NCBI GenBank assembly: GCA_964016885.1
Contig: OZ024741.1
Coordinates: 384,896,001-384,960,000, forward strand
Source: Eledone cirrhosa
Taxonomy: Eukaryota
Length of the DNA: 64,000 nt
Direction: 5' to 3'
This document shows positions 48,400 to 62,300 of this stretch, piece by piece (position 1 is the first letter of the stretch; every line of letters starts with the position of its first letter). A program made the translations under genes and the position numbers. The notes below the pieces were generated by a model. That model was given only the letters and a program-made list of their open reading frames with translations. It did not search any database and was not told where the DNA came from.

Positions 48400-49737
48400 C
48401 AAACCAGCTTAACCAATCCCAGCTTTATTGGAGTGCAGGCCTTCTTACTTGATCCTGCAAGAACTACAAAGGTTGGACACTAAGACAAGGAAACTATTGA
48501 CAACGGAAAAATGCATCACTCTAAGGCCGATGTACATAGGCTGTATATCTCAAGGAGAGAAGGTGAAAGGGGCTCCGACCACTGGAAGCTGCATAAAGAG
48601 AAGATGGAAGGGGGCTCCGACAACTGGAAGCTACATACAAAACAGCAACCATTGGATTGGATAGCTACCTCCACCACACCCGAGATTAACTCCTTAAGCC
48701 TGTACTCAAGCATGAACGAATTATGAAACTACACTCACTAACAAAAGAGGCAAGAACATTTAGGCAAAAACTGAACATGGAACAAGACATAGCCATAGAA
48801 AATTAACAACAGAGTGCTGCATAGCTAACTATGACTGCGAAGATAAAAGTAAAGAAACTCCAAACAGAAGAACTAAACCGTGAATGGAAGGCAAAACCAC
48901 TACATGGTAGATTCCCAAAACGACATTCTGACAATGATATCGATCAGCATGGCTCGCAATCCTGGTTCAGAAGTGCTGGTTTGAAAGGAGAGACTGGAGG
49001 ACTCTTAGTTGCTGCACAAGACCAATCTCTAAACACTCGGGCCTATAGACACAGAATAGTGAAAGATGGGACTAGCCCTCTATGCAGAATATATTCTACA
49101 AATATGAAGAAACAGTAGATCATGTTATCTCCGGGTATCCAGAGCTGGCAAAAACTGACTATATCGAAAGACACAACCGCATTGTGCACTGGATGCTCTG
49201 CCGCTCTCATGAAATCCAAACTTCTAATAAATGGTATGAACATCAACCAAAAACAGTAATGGAAAAGGGCAACATCTCCATCTTGTGGGATATGCCTGTG
49301 ATAACCGACCGAGAAATCACTGCCTACAGACCAGATACCATCATAAAAAACAAAACAGATCAGACATGTAGTCTTATAGATATTTCCGTACCAGCTGACA
49401 AGAATAAATCTATAAAAACAATGGAAAAACTGTCAAAATACAAAGACCTGGAAATAGAGATCAACCGCATGTGGAGGATGATCATAAATACTATCCCTGT
49501 GGTAATAGGAGCATTAGGGTTAATACCCAAATCCTCAGACCTGCACCTTAGCGTCATTCCCTGCAAGAACAGCAAATATGAGCTACAGAAGATCGGACTA
49601 CTAGGAACAGCACACGTTCTCAGATAAGTTCTCTCTCTACAACAAAGACATCTTTTGCCCTAGGTTCAAGGCCTGAACCCGGCAATAGAGAAACAGAACT
49701 GAGCTAAACGAAATAGCATAACAATAATAATAATAAA
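48400..49737 (+). pseudogene. R4/Dong-like RLE LINE 3' part, frameshifted, with (AAT)n tail
   Basis: RLYISRxEG, PLHGRF, AAQDQSL, CRx..ETVDHVISG, RHN, RPD, IDISVP, EK..KY and IPVVIGALG motifs. Confidence 0.88.
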
Positions 49738-49889
49738 CATTTAAAAATGCACCTAATGATTCTATAAACACGCGAAATTCTATAAACACAGCAACACAAC
49801 GAAAAGAAATTATTCATCAACATAAATTATAGTTATTGTTTTTAAATATGCATTTTCAGAAATAGTCATGATTATCTAATTAGTTTTTG

Positions 49890-50550
49890 TACTAACCTGT
49901 TTCGCTCTGAGTAACCTTTCAAAGTTTCATTTTGATTCGTGTCGGTGTTGGATATATTTTCCACATGTTGCTCCATGCCGAGCTGGATATATCTCCCATG
50001 TGTTATTTGCCGTTTACATTTTTTCTAATATGTCCTCGTCGTCACTTATGACAAGGGACGCAACTATGGATTTATGAATTATATGAACAACGAATTTAGT
50101 TTTGGTTTGTATTTAGTTATAAAATATATTTCATTGTTAAGGCGTTGTTCTTCCGATACAGAATAGCTGCATTGACAGTATAGGAAAACATCGAAATTTA
50201 TCAACGTTTGCCCTCCGTAACTTTCTATATGTTGACTAAGAGGAATTCTGATGATGTACGATTCCCTTATTTGTTGATGGTGTACTGTCATCCATGGTCT
50301 GAGTGTCAAACTTGTTTGACCAATATAGTTCCCATGGACACTATATAGGTCCCGAATGTCACTTCAAAGAAGGAATTGTTATCAGAATAAAAAAAAAAAA
50401 AATGACTTCGTGTGTAACTCATACGATTTAATATATGAGATCTACGTCCGGGGTACACGTGTCTGTGATTAGATATTTGCTCATTAGTTTCACAAGCAAG
50501 TTCTTCCGCTGTTGAAACAACTAGAACATTTATAGTCAGGACTACGGAGG
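49890..50550 (-). pseudogene. Decayed Neptune-like GIY-YIG end with a degenerate HHR (49891-49925)
   Basis: MTVH..QI..IPLSQHI..E.YFI.KY.P.LN, homologous to 9303..9842. Confidence 0.72.
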
Positions 50551-50553
50551 TCC

Positions 50554-50629
<76 letters not shown>

Positions 50630-51117
50630 TACATTTGGATTAAAAACAAGGAAAAAAATATAGCAAATATATTCGGGAAATATCGAATTTCGAAACAAAA
50701 GCAAATTCACATTATATAGTGACTAAGATGAATTAAGAATATTTATTTCTATTGGTTAAAGAGCTTCTTGAAATGAAACATTTCTGTTACCATGGTGACA
50801 AAAATATTTTATTACAAAAGCATAGACGGTCTGACAGAGACTTACTTGACTTTTAAATGTATAGTAGCTACACATTCATAAACATATACACTACACATCA
50901 TTAACTATACACATACACACACATACACACACATACACACATTCACACATATGTATTTTCAGGCACATAATATCATATACACATGCATAAATACACACAC
51001 ACACATATATTCACGCACACACATGTATCTACAGATACATTATAGCAGACACACATGCACAAACACAAACACACACACACACACGCATTCACACATATGT
51101 ATCTTCAGGCACATAAT

Positions 51118-51190
<73 letters not shown>

Positions 51191-51316
51191 ATCTACATAT
51201 ACATTATAGCACACACATGCATAAATACACACACACAAGTATAAAGAGATATGTCATACAGTGGCTCCAGTTAAGTATTGACTAGGTCAGTATATATATA
51301 TATATATATATATATG

Positions 51317-51396
51317 AAGAAAAACGATGAAGTTTCTTTTAAATGTAAGTTTTTTTAAAACTAACTACATGTAAAAGAAACTTCATCGTTTTTCTT
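51317..51396. repeat. Short fold-back palindrome with TTTC-[imperfect hairpin]-GAAA apex
   Basis: aagaaaaacgatgaagtttc / gaaacttcatcgtttttctt arms; abuts (TA)n. Confidence 0.65.
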
Positions 51397-51636
51397 AATA
51401 TACCAGACCACCAGTGACCCGTTGGGTCACGTTCACTTGAAAATATAAAAAAAAAAAATCATATTCACTTAAAAACAATTTTTAAATAATTAAAATATAC
51501 ACAAACATGTATATAATGTGAAATGAAACTGGAAGGCCCATATATATACGTGTATGTATATATATATATATATATGTGGGTGTCTGTGATCTATATACAC
51601 TGATCATAGACACACACACACATATATACACACACA

Positions 51637-51702
<66 letters not shown>

Positions 51703-52574
51703 ACAGCACCACCAGCTCTCTCTTTCTTCCATTCTCCTTCTCTGTCACCTCACTCTCTCTCTATGTCTCTCTTTCAATCTACTCTTTCACAACCACTATC
51801 TCTTTCTCTCTCTCTCTCTCTGTGTATGAAGGTACCCGGAAAAACCCCATATCTCGGGAACCCATGCTCCGATTTACGCGAAACTTGTTTTATTCCATTT
51901 GTATTCCCATTTCAGGGTCAACTTCCTTTTGGCTGTATTACATTACAGAAAAGCAAGCAATCACAGACTTTTAGTATTATATAGATGTACTCTGCTTGTG
52001 CATCGACTACCACCACCAGTAATTCACCGAATCACATACACTACATATATCTATAATTATGCTTATCGAAGTAAATCTAGTTCCCATGTCACCACCATAA
52101 ATGAAAGTTAAGGGCCAGTCCGCATTGTGGTCCCGGGCGACAGGTTGGAGAAGACATTGTCCCAGAGGATGCCGAGGGAGTTGCGCTGGAACAACTGCTC
52201 TATCCCACAGGGCTCGCACCTGTGGACAGCAAGCTCCGCTCCGATAGCAGATTTAAGTATAAAATAGTCGAACAAAGGAACATATATACTTTTGTAATCG
52301 GTAAAAGTGGACAGAGTCGTCTGCGGGAATCACACTCGCATCCCCCGCATGCCGGATGATAGCAACAATGTCAAACTTTAGAGCACCTGTTCAATTATTT
52401 TATAGTTAAACTGGCGTTGTAGCAACTTACAATAAGCTAAAATACCTTCAATCCTTCTTGTCTTGTAACGCTCTATTTGTATGAACTCCTTATTTATATC
52501 TCAGGGGATGGTAGCATCATTGTTATCTATAACGGTGTTTATTACTATTAATAAGTCTTAGTCTGCACATGTAT

Positions 52575-54888
52575 TCCACCTTAAATTTTTCTTTCCTTTC
52601 CTCCTGCATTATCTTATCAACTTCCAATATCCCTAAGTACTTATAACCTTCCTCTTCTATTTGCTTCATAACCTTTCCTGATGACAGGACCAACCCCTCA
52701 ATGCTTTTAATTTTGCCATGGTCAAGTCTGTTTTCCTCCTCTCGCTGTCCTCAAGTATTGTTTCATCTATCAAAAGCTGGTTCTTTGTACCTCTGCACTT
52801 ATGCTTGCACCTTTTCTGCTCATCTGGTAGAACTCCATTTTCTTCAAGATGTTCGTACATTGATTCTGCGATTATATCAGTCAATCATAAGTGGTAGCCA
52901 TGTTATCGGTCTATAGTTGTCTACCACATTCCTTTTAGTGATATCTTTTAAGCACAAAAGTGCCATGCTCTTTGTCAGCCACTCCGGTAACACTTGATCA
53001 GCATTTAGTAATGTGGTGAGTTGTTCTGTTATTCATCTATGGCATTGACTAAATCTTTTGATTCAGTAGAATTGAACTCCATCTAGTCCTGTAGACTTCT
53101 AGTTACTCATCTTTTTTCTGGCTTCCTTCATATCCCTAGCTGAAATGACTGGTTCTCCCTTTAGTGGTCAAACTGTTGTTTGTTTAAGTTCTTCTAACCA
53201 TTCTAAGGGCCTGCTCATGTGCAAGCCAGTAGCATTCTCTCAGTAGTTTTGTTGAGGTCCATTTTTTTTAACCAGTCCTATGTCTGCGGATGTCTGAATA
53301 CTGTTTTCTTACAGAAGACGTCCTGGAGAGCTTTTTCATTCAGGTTGTCCTTCCTCCTCATTATTACTTCCTTCTCGGACATCCCCTGGTCTATTGTCTG
53401 CTCCTTCAATACAGCCTTAAGCATTGGCTCGTTACTCACGGACACTTACTTATGCAAACCGCTTTTCTCCATCTGAACACAGTCCTCCACGCTGATAAGA
53501 CCTCTCCCACCTTCAGCTCTCCTTACGTACAGTCTATCAACATCCCTCTACTTAAGAATTCCCGCACTATACCAAATAATGGACACAGCTCGGGAATGTA
53601 TAACACTTATGACATTCCTACTATTCAGGTGTAATTTCAGTACATTTCTCACTCTCTTTATGTATTCAGAGCTTATCCTCTCCTTCGTTTTTTTTTTTGT
53701 CTCTGGTGTTATCTGCTTTCAAGGCACCTAAATACCAATATCCTTCCTCAGTGTCAATCTCCTTTATCATCTCACCCGTTGGTATCTCGATTCCTTTGCT
53801 TCTTTTCAATTTGCCTCCTTTCATCACTAGGACTCCACATTTATGAATACCAAATTCTATACAAATGTCATTCCTGAAAAAACAAACAGAATTAGCGAGT
53901 ATACCTAGCTCCTTCTCGTTCTTCCCGAAGAGTTTTAGGTCATCCATGGAAAGGAGGTGATTGATGGTAAGTTCTCCTTTTCCCAGTTGGCATCCAGCCT
54001 TCACTCTTCGCAATACGAGGGACAGGGGTATGAGGGTAAGGACAAACAATAAAGGGAATTGACTATCTCCTTCGAAGATGCCTCTCTTAATTTTCACTTA
54101 ATCTTCCATGAAGAGGAGGTAGTTGATGGTAAGCTCTCCTCTTCCCAGCTTGTATCCTGCTTTCCCTTTTCGCAATATGAGGGACAAGGGTATGAGGGTA
54201 AGGACAAACAACAAAAGGGACAAACTATCTCCTTGGAAGATACCTCTCTTAATTTTCATTCTTCCCAAGGAGTTTTCCCCGATGTTAACTCTGTCTTCCG
54301 GTTCTCCATGCTATTACTTAATAGCAGTCCGATGTCGACCACCTTAAATATATCTAGATACTTGGTTATCCAAGAATGAGGAACCATGTTGAATGCCTTC
54401 TTGTAGTCTGACCATCCCATGGCAATGCCAGTGTGTCTCCTCTTGCAGTTCCTTACTATTATCTTGTCGATAAGTAAGGGCGGTGGATTGGCAGTACCAG
54501 TAGAGAGTCGGACATCATGCTTCGCAGCATAGAGTTACGGTCCTTTACGGTTTGAGTTCAAATCCCGCCGATGTTAACTTTGCCTTTCATCCTTATGGGG
54601 TCGATAAAATAAAGCACCAGTAACGTACTGGGGTCGATTTTTTCGACTTTTCCTCCTCCCTAAATTACTGGCCTTGTGCTTATACTAAAAATCATTATCT
54701 TGTCGATAAGTAACTGGTCCTTTGTACCACAGGACTTCTTTCGGCATCCTTTCTCTTCTTCCGGCAATATGTTGTTTATATCGAGGTGGTGGTAGATTTC
54801 CTCAGACATAATGCTTGTTAGTAATTTCCATACAAAGGACAGACATATGATAGGCCTATAGTTGGTAACGTCATTTACCTTGGTTTGG
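52575..54888 (-). pseudogene. Fragmented R4/Dong-like LINE RT pieces (at least two elements, internal ~160-bp duplication)
   Basis: NYRPIT, GTK.QLLID, KRGIF.GDS..PLLF and HLL.MDDLKL motifs. 53960-54097 is repeated at ~54120-54258. Confidence 0.8.
54478..54693 (+). mobile_element. Meta-like tRNA-SINE nested in the LINE, with 20-bp TSD
   Basis: attatcttgtcgataagtaa at 54458-54477 and 54694-54713. Confidence 0.9.
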
Positions 54889-54889
54889 A

Positions 54890-57800
54890 CCTTTTGTCAA
54901 CCGCTGCGGTACTTCATCCGACACCAAGCAGTCATTGAACATGGTTGCCAGTATCAGTTGGAGAGACGTTATCTTTTTAATCCAGTAACCCTGCGCACCT
55001 GGTTATCACCACCACCACCACCGCCACTACCACCAACACCACAAAAAACAACAACAACAACAGCAGCAGCACCAAAAACATGTATAACAGAGACAGTTAA
55101 AGACAGCAGCAGTAGCAGCAGCGACATAGAAGCAAATGGCAACGCCGCCAACAATAACAGGAACAACAGCTGCAATGGTAGAGGCAGCAGCTACAGCATC
55201 GGTACCAACAACAACAACAACGACAGCGCAAAATCTGTCACATTTGCGAGAGTCGCAAATAAAAAGGAAACAGTCGGACGGAACACGAAATGAATGGAGC
55301 CAGGCGAATTTTTAAAACAATGGATACAAGGTCAGCCTTACTCTTCCATCCGATGTCATGGAACAACGAACGCTATGTACGGTGTCATACCATACAGTTA
55401 GTGCAAAAACACGCCGAAGTCCCAGATACAAGGCTTTGGGACATGTGTTGACTCAAAAAAACAACATCACGCATGGAAGAAGATATAGGACCCCGGACGT
55501 GTTCTTTGTGGCCCCACATGAAGTCAGAGAACATTCCATGACGCCACTAAAGAACGATGGTCACTCTGGTCCCAAGCTACTGCGGACAAAGGCTCGTAAG
55601 AGTGAAAGTGACATTAGTTTCGCCGGCAATGGCAATTCCCCGGATGACGGCCTCGCCGACATCGAAGACGACACCAAAATCCTGTAAATAATTAAAATAA
55701 AACAGGAAAACCGGTCCGGATCAGGAATGGAGCTCCTGATCCAAACGGACTAGAATAACATCCAAGAAATTCTAGAAGTAATAGACCTTGATGGTGGCAG
55801 CTGCATTACCGTAACAGTCGAGGGTAGAAGGCCAAGGTGTCACGTGTGTGGGGATAACATCCACCTAAAGGCCTTCTTCCCCCAAGAATTGGCCAAAAAA
55901 TGAAGGCCACATCTGCTGCCTTCACCACTTCCCATACTGGCTCCACCATCACTACCAACAACAGCAGCAATGGCAGCAGCAACGGTATCAAGAGCACCAC
56001 TACCATACACCATATCAGAAGCAACACTAGCGCCACCACCATCCAACATGCAACAAGCAGCATGAGCATCTGTGGAGAACAGGCCCCTCACCGACTTCGC
56101 ACAACTGGAGACGGATTGTGACGAGGAGGAGGGGTGGAAAACCATCAAAAACAGAAAGAAAAGAAAGAAAGAATTAAACAAAAAAGTTAAGACATCAACA
56201 CCACCACAAACACAACAGAAATACAAAACTGCAACGCACTACACGGCTCTAAACACGAACAACAAACAATTATTGCACTACATCCAGCACAACACCAGCA
56301 TCACAGAAATACTACACAACACCCCATAAGAAACATGTCAGCTTATGCGGACGACGTCACCGTAATGGTGTTGAGCACCAAACATATTGAGATAGTCGGC
56401 ACTGCTCTCAAGAAGTGCGAGATGATGACGGGGGCAAAGATTAACCAGGAAAAGTCGGTAGGCCTGCAGCTGGGCACCTGGAGAGGCAGGTCCATACTAT
56501 TAACCAGATTCCTTGGGCGCTCGACGGATGGGCCGGTTAAAATGCTCAGGGTTTGATTTGGTCTGGACCTCCAAATGGACAAAAACTGGAACGAGGTGAC
56601 GAGCAGGGTGGCCTCTTTCACTCAAAAACTGGCTTAGAGGAAACTGTCCCTGAAAAATCGGGCAGAGGTGGCGAATACGTACATCACGTCCTTCATCTAC
56701 TACCACCTGACCGCCGTGCCATGTCCTAAGCCTCTCCTCATTGCACTGGAGCGTTTGCTCTTTCGCCTTTTGTAGAAAGGACACGCGCCGATTGTCAGGT
56801 GGTCCATCTGCTGTCAACACTCGCTACGTGGAGTGCTGGAAATGCCGTGGTTAATGATGCGCAAACATGCACTGAGGATACGGCATCTCCACCTCTTCCT
56901 TGATGGGGAACAGGTGTGGTCGCCGTTTGTTAGACACATTTTTCCCCAGCTCATCTCCTTGGCGGAGCTGCAGTCCTGGGTCAAGCGAAGATCGAGAGGG
57001 AACGCTTGATGACTGGAATGTCTTCAGACGCTCACTGTTCTCAATCAATCGGGCACTACGATCGGTGGAAACTCCATCTTGGCATTCTAAAGAGGGTTAG
57101 TGGGGAGTAAGAGCGATGACTCCTTGGGGATACTCTGGGCTTTGATGAAAATCAACTAGCCAGTCTCTTCTGGAAAACATTCGGACCGGGGCCCATGGAC
57201 AATTTCCAGAAATCCCTGGCCTGGCAGTGCTACTGAGGAGCTTTGCCAGTTCGGGATAAACTCTACAGGTATGGATATGCTGTCAGCTGGACCTGTTCGA
57301 GATGCACGCAGGACGACGAAACTGTCCTGCACGCACTCGTCGAGTGTCTGATCATTGCTGACTTATGGGTTTATGTCGAATACCTGCTGTCACGTGTAGG
57401 ACGGATCTGGATATCAGCTGAGTCCATCATGAAGATTGCTTCGCCGCCTTCCTTTAACCGGGAAGGGCAGACAGATTTTATCTGTCTGGTGGCCATGGCG
57501 AAAGAGGTCGTATGGTGGACACGTTTGAAAGTTCTGAAGACGAGCAGTTACCTCTTTGGTGAAGCCCTGATCAACTTTTTCAAATTTCATTTGAAAAGGA
57601 AAATAAGAGTGGAGAAGGAAGTGTTCCTTTCCCAACAATTTGTTGAAAGATGGGGGAGAGAGGCGAGCATGGCCTGAGTGAATAGGCCGGCTCTGAGTAT
57701 GCGCTTGTAGATTGGACGTGGAAAACTGGGAGAGGGCACTCACCCTGGTGGTCAGGGTCACCGTGGATTTTTGTGGGCTTTTTCGACGAGTGACCCTCGG

Positions 57801-57932
57801 AAGTCTCCCCACTATTGGGGAATTTTCCTTTGTTTTGTTTTTTTGTTACATCCTTTGTTTTTTATTTTATGTTTTTATTTTCACACGCATTTTCACATGC
57901 CTTGTATCAACCCTTGTGGTTAATAAAAAAAA
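54890..57932 (+). pseudogene. Decayed, internally deleted Tx1-like (L1 clade) LINE
   Basis: ORF1 remnants homologous to 60020-61390 join at ~56335 to SAYADDVTV. C-terminal C..C..ETVLHAL..C; A-rich end at 57922. Confidence 0.82.
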
Positions 57933-58829
57933 CATTATTATTAGTATTATTTACTGCTGACCTGCTCTGACGTGTTTACAAATCGCTCTTCCATGCGCAG
58001 GATTTTACCAAATACAGCTGCATAGAATAATATATACTTTTTAAAATTTATCCTCATACAGAGAACCATCGGAGAATTTGGAAGTCTGCCAAAAGAGTGT
58101 TCAAACAAATGAAGTAGTTTGTTTTTATTCAAATTATATTTTTTGTTATTTGTTTTCATCAAAGAGAATATTATATTGATAATGAAGAAAATCACACAAA
58201 AATACACCAAAGAAACGAATAAGAATATACAGTAAGACATATGTTTTAGAAGAAAAAAAATAATGACTTTCTATCGACACTAGTATGAAAAATTCTAGCG
58301 CTGTTTTGGCAACAACAACAACGTTCACACAAGCTTTGCCAAATGAAAGTAACGATAAAAATTTGAGTGAAACACCAGTTTCGACTTTTGTATATAAAAT
58401 TTCCAACACACGAACTTCAGACTTGCAACATTTAGACGAAATAAGAATGCATGACAGTATGACAGTATTATAACACAAAAACAGGTGCATTCTACTCAAG
58501 GCTGTCACAAAGGTTTGATAGGGAAGGAAAGTAAACTATCTGTGTAATGTCAAAACCACAGATGTCTTCTTGGCACCATATAAAAAGAAAATAGAGGCAA
58601 CCCGGTTGTGGTAGAGTGTATAACGATATATGTGTTATTTTTAAAACTGGGATCGGGGTGAAGAGACAAGTGAGATAAGCGCGTCACACACATATGCAGA
58701 AATTTATTCCCAAGTCACAGTTAAAGACATTGCCTTCTAACACGTGTTCAGCTTCGTAGTCTAATGTAAATAAATGGTTAACACTGATGTGACTTGGAAG
58801 TATGTTGTCCGGAGGAGCTTCAATGGACA

Positions 58830-59312
58830 TATACAAATATTCATGACGCTGCCTATCACATCATGTCTCCAGCCTTTATAGCGAGTCTGGGCTAGGTGTT
58901 TACACTCGGATACAATGTGAGCCACAGTCTCCTCTCTCTCTCCATAGATCCTACACAGTGGGCTAGCCTCCTCCTTGTAAATATGGTGTTTCACCCACTT
59001 CGTTTTGAGTGCCTGCTCTTGCTCAGCCATTAGCATTCCTTCTGTAGCCTTTTTAAGGTCTCCTCTTTTTAACCAGTTCCATGTCTGTGGATCTCTAAGT
59101 TCCGTTTTCTCAAAGAAGGTACTATGAAGGGATTTTTCATGAAGGTTGCTCTTCCTCCTTGTTGTTATTTCCTCCTTGGACATCCCCTGGTCTATTGTTC
59201 TCTCCTCCAATTCTGAGCATTGGCTCCCTACTGTCAGTCACGTATTTGTGCAGGTTGTTTTTCTCCATCTGAAACAGTCCTCTATGCTGATAAGACCTCT
59301 TCCACCTTCAGA
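58830..59312 (-). pseudogene. R4/Dong-like LINE fragment (CCHC region)
   Basis: LH..F, WLKRGDLK..TEG...QEQAL and PLCR..EETVAHIVSEC..RHD motifs. Confidence 0.8.
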
Positions 59313-59314
59313 TC

Positions 59315-59348
<34 letters not shown>

Positions 59349-59349
59349 G

Positions 59350-62300
59350 GCGACCTACGTAGGAAATCGTATTATCGTGAGCTCCGCAAAGGTTTGTTGT
59401 TTTCAGTTGTTTCAAATTGCCAGTTCTGGAAACGTTTTGTTGTTAAGTGTTTATAAGTTTACATATATTGCTTTCTGAAAAGGACACTCAAAAAGATTGG
59501 GGCCTTGAGCCCAAAATTTAAACTTTTATAATTATCAAACAAAAACTTTCTTTGGAAAAAAAAAATTGACGGCTCTCAGCCACACAAAACTGACAGCCTT
59601 CATAACAGACCAACACCTCCCACCACCACCACCACCACCACCACCATTGTAGACATTACTACGCTTGCCAACACTAAAAATATAAGCAGTGGCAATAATT
59701 TAAATTTGTCACATGCAGACATTCATTTCCCGCCATTACCAATAACTGCAGGTGTTAAAGCCGCTACCCTCACCACCACCACAGCGACAACAGAAACAAA
59801 AAAAATAAATTATTATCTCGTGACATCGAAATGGATTCACCCAGAATCGACTCTTCCACGCCGAACACCACTGACACCACCACCACCACCACCACCACCA
59901 CCACCACCACGACTGAAACTAAAAATAACAATAACAAAAATAACAATAACAGCAACAACAACAACAACTACAATGAGAATAACAACAACAACATCAACAC
60001 CAGCGCAAAACAAAATGTGTCGTTTGCCAAAGTAGCCAAGAAAAGCGAAACAATCGAGGTAAGCCAGGATGAATTAAATGAAGCCAAGAGAATGGTAAAA
60101 AAAGATGGGTACAGGGTCAGCCTCACCCACCCAATAAAATGGAGCATCGGCGCCTATGCACCGTGTCATATCAGACGATAAACACAAAATCACACTGAGT
60201 GGAAAGGGCATCCGAGTCCCAGATACAAAAAGCTTTGGGACATGTGTGGACGAAAAGACCCCACATCAGACGTGGGCACAAATATGGAACCGTGGACGTG
60301 TTCTTTGGAACCCCACAGGAAGACAGAGAGCACTCCATGGCCCCATTAAGAAGTGACGAGTTCACACTCGTCCCAAGCTATTGTGGTCAGAGACTCGTGA
60401 AGATCAGGGTGACTCACGTTCCGCCGGCCATCGAAATTCCCTGGCTAATGGCTGCCGTTCTCGCCGGCATCGAGGCCAACACGAAAATAATTGAGGTAAC
60501 AAAGGAAAAGCAGGAGAACTGGTCCGGATCTGGGATGGAGCTCCTGATCCAAGCGGACCAAAAACATTGAGGAAATTCCAGAGGTGATAGACCTCAATGA
60601 CGGCAGCCACCTCACCGTAATCGTTGAGGGTAGAAGGCCTAGGTGTGTCGTTTGTGGCGAAGGAACCCACCTAAAGGTTTCTGCCCTCAGGCTAAAAAGT
60701 TGAGGCCACCTCTCCTACCCACCCTAGTGACTCTAGCATCAAAACCAGCGCAGAAATGGCAGAAAAAACTGTAGCAGCAACAACAGAAGCAACTGTAGCA
60801 GCAACAACCCCAGCAACAGTAGCAACAACAGAAGCAACTGTAGCCGCAACAACCTCAGCAACTGTAGCAGCAACAGTAGCAAAATCAACACCACCACCAC
60901 CCATCGCGACAGAATTAGCACAACCAAAACCAACCCCTGTGGAGGATTTTCTACTCCCCGACCTATCGCAACTGGAGACAGATTGTGACGATGAGGAGGA
61001 GTGCGAAATGGCATCAGGAAAAAGAAAAAGAAAAAAAGAACCTAAAAAAGAAAAATCCTCTTTTTTCGCCCTCCAAAAATCAAAATGCAGGGGGAAACAA
61101 ATAAGCAAACAAACAAAGAAGTTAAGACAGCTATGCCACCACCCACACCAGCATCACCAGCCCCATCACCACAAACATCTACATCATCACCATCATTAAC
61201 CCCACAACCACCATCACCAACACCACAAAAATCACGAAAAAACGAAACAGAAACAAACCCACAACAAACGCAAACAAAACAGTACAACCAAAATGATACA
61301 CACTACACAGCATTAAATTTGAACAACAACCAATTATTACACTACATCCAACACAACACCAGCATCACAGAAAAAGACCACACAACACCTCAAAAATTCA
61401 CACCACCTCCACACATACAAATCACTCGCATCACACAGAAAACGTACACGACACTAAAAGAAAAATTCCCCAAGGACATCGGAGACGTCTGACAAACACA
61501 CTCCAGGAGGATTTATAAGGACATCCTTCCGGAGGAGGCCACAAGCAGTGAAAAGGATGGACAAACCATCCTTCCTCTACGAGAAGTGAGGTAAGTGGTC
61601 TTTCCCATCTTTTTCCACTCTTTTTCAACATTACCTCACTCAGAATAGGCAGCATAAATGCGCGTGGTTTGAGGTCGTCATGGAAGCAGGGCCATCTGCT
61701 CAACGATCTCAGGTCACTAAACATAGATGTGGTAGCCATCAGCGAGACCAGAATCTCCGAAGCACGGGCCTTCGCACCGATCTTCGGCGGCTACGATGTG
61801 TACGCATCTCCCAGCCGTTCTGGATCGGGGGGAGGAGTAGCTGTGCTTTTTCGGAGAGGTTTGGATCTCGCCATACGGGCCATCTTCCTGGACCCAGAAG
61901 GTAAGTTTGTGGTGCTGGACGTGACCAGCGGAGACGGGCAAGCTTTCAGGCTAGTGGCCGTCTATGCCCCGACAGGAGCAGGGCGGCCTGATTTCTTCCG
62001 GCGTCTGAAGACTTTTCTTGGAACTTCCCGCTCTTTAGTGTTAGTGGGCGACTGGAACGGGATCTTAGATGAACGCTGGGACTGTGTGGGATTAGCGGAT
62101 AGGGGAGGAGGGTGTAAAAGCCTCTCAAACCTGCTCAGACGGTTTCAACTGTCTGAGGTACCGCCTGGATTTCTCGAATGTGCCAATGTGGAGATGGACA
62201 AACCGCATCGGGTCATCCAGATCATATCTAGATAGAGTATTTTGCAGGGAAATAGATAGGTCTAGCATAGGCTGTCCACATTTCAAAATAGTCGACTAAA

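Noticed and set aside
51588-52430. Helitron-like signatures (atctatata.., atatctc..ccgatt..aaa, ..tatatagat) and a GC-richer block
   Set aside because: No convincing 3' hairpin-CTRR end, and the orientation cues conflict.
57950-58760. Short ORFs 57947..58508
   Set aside because: No domain signal or supportable splice structure.
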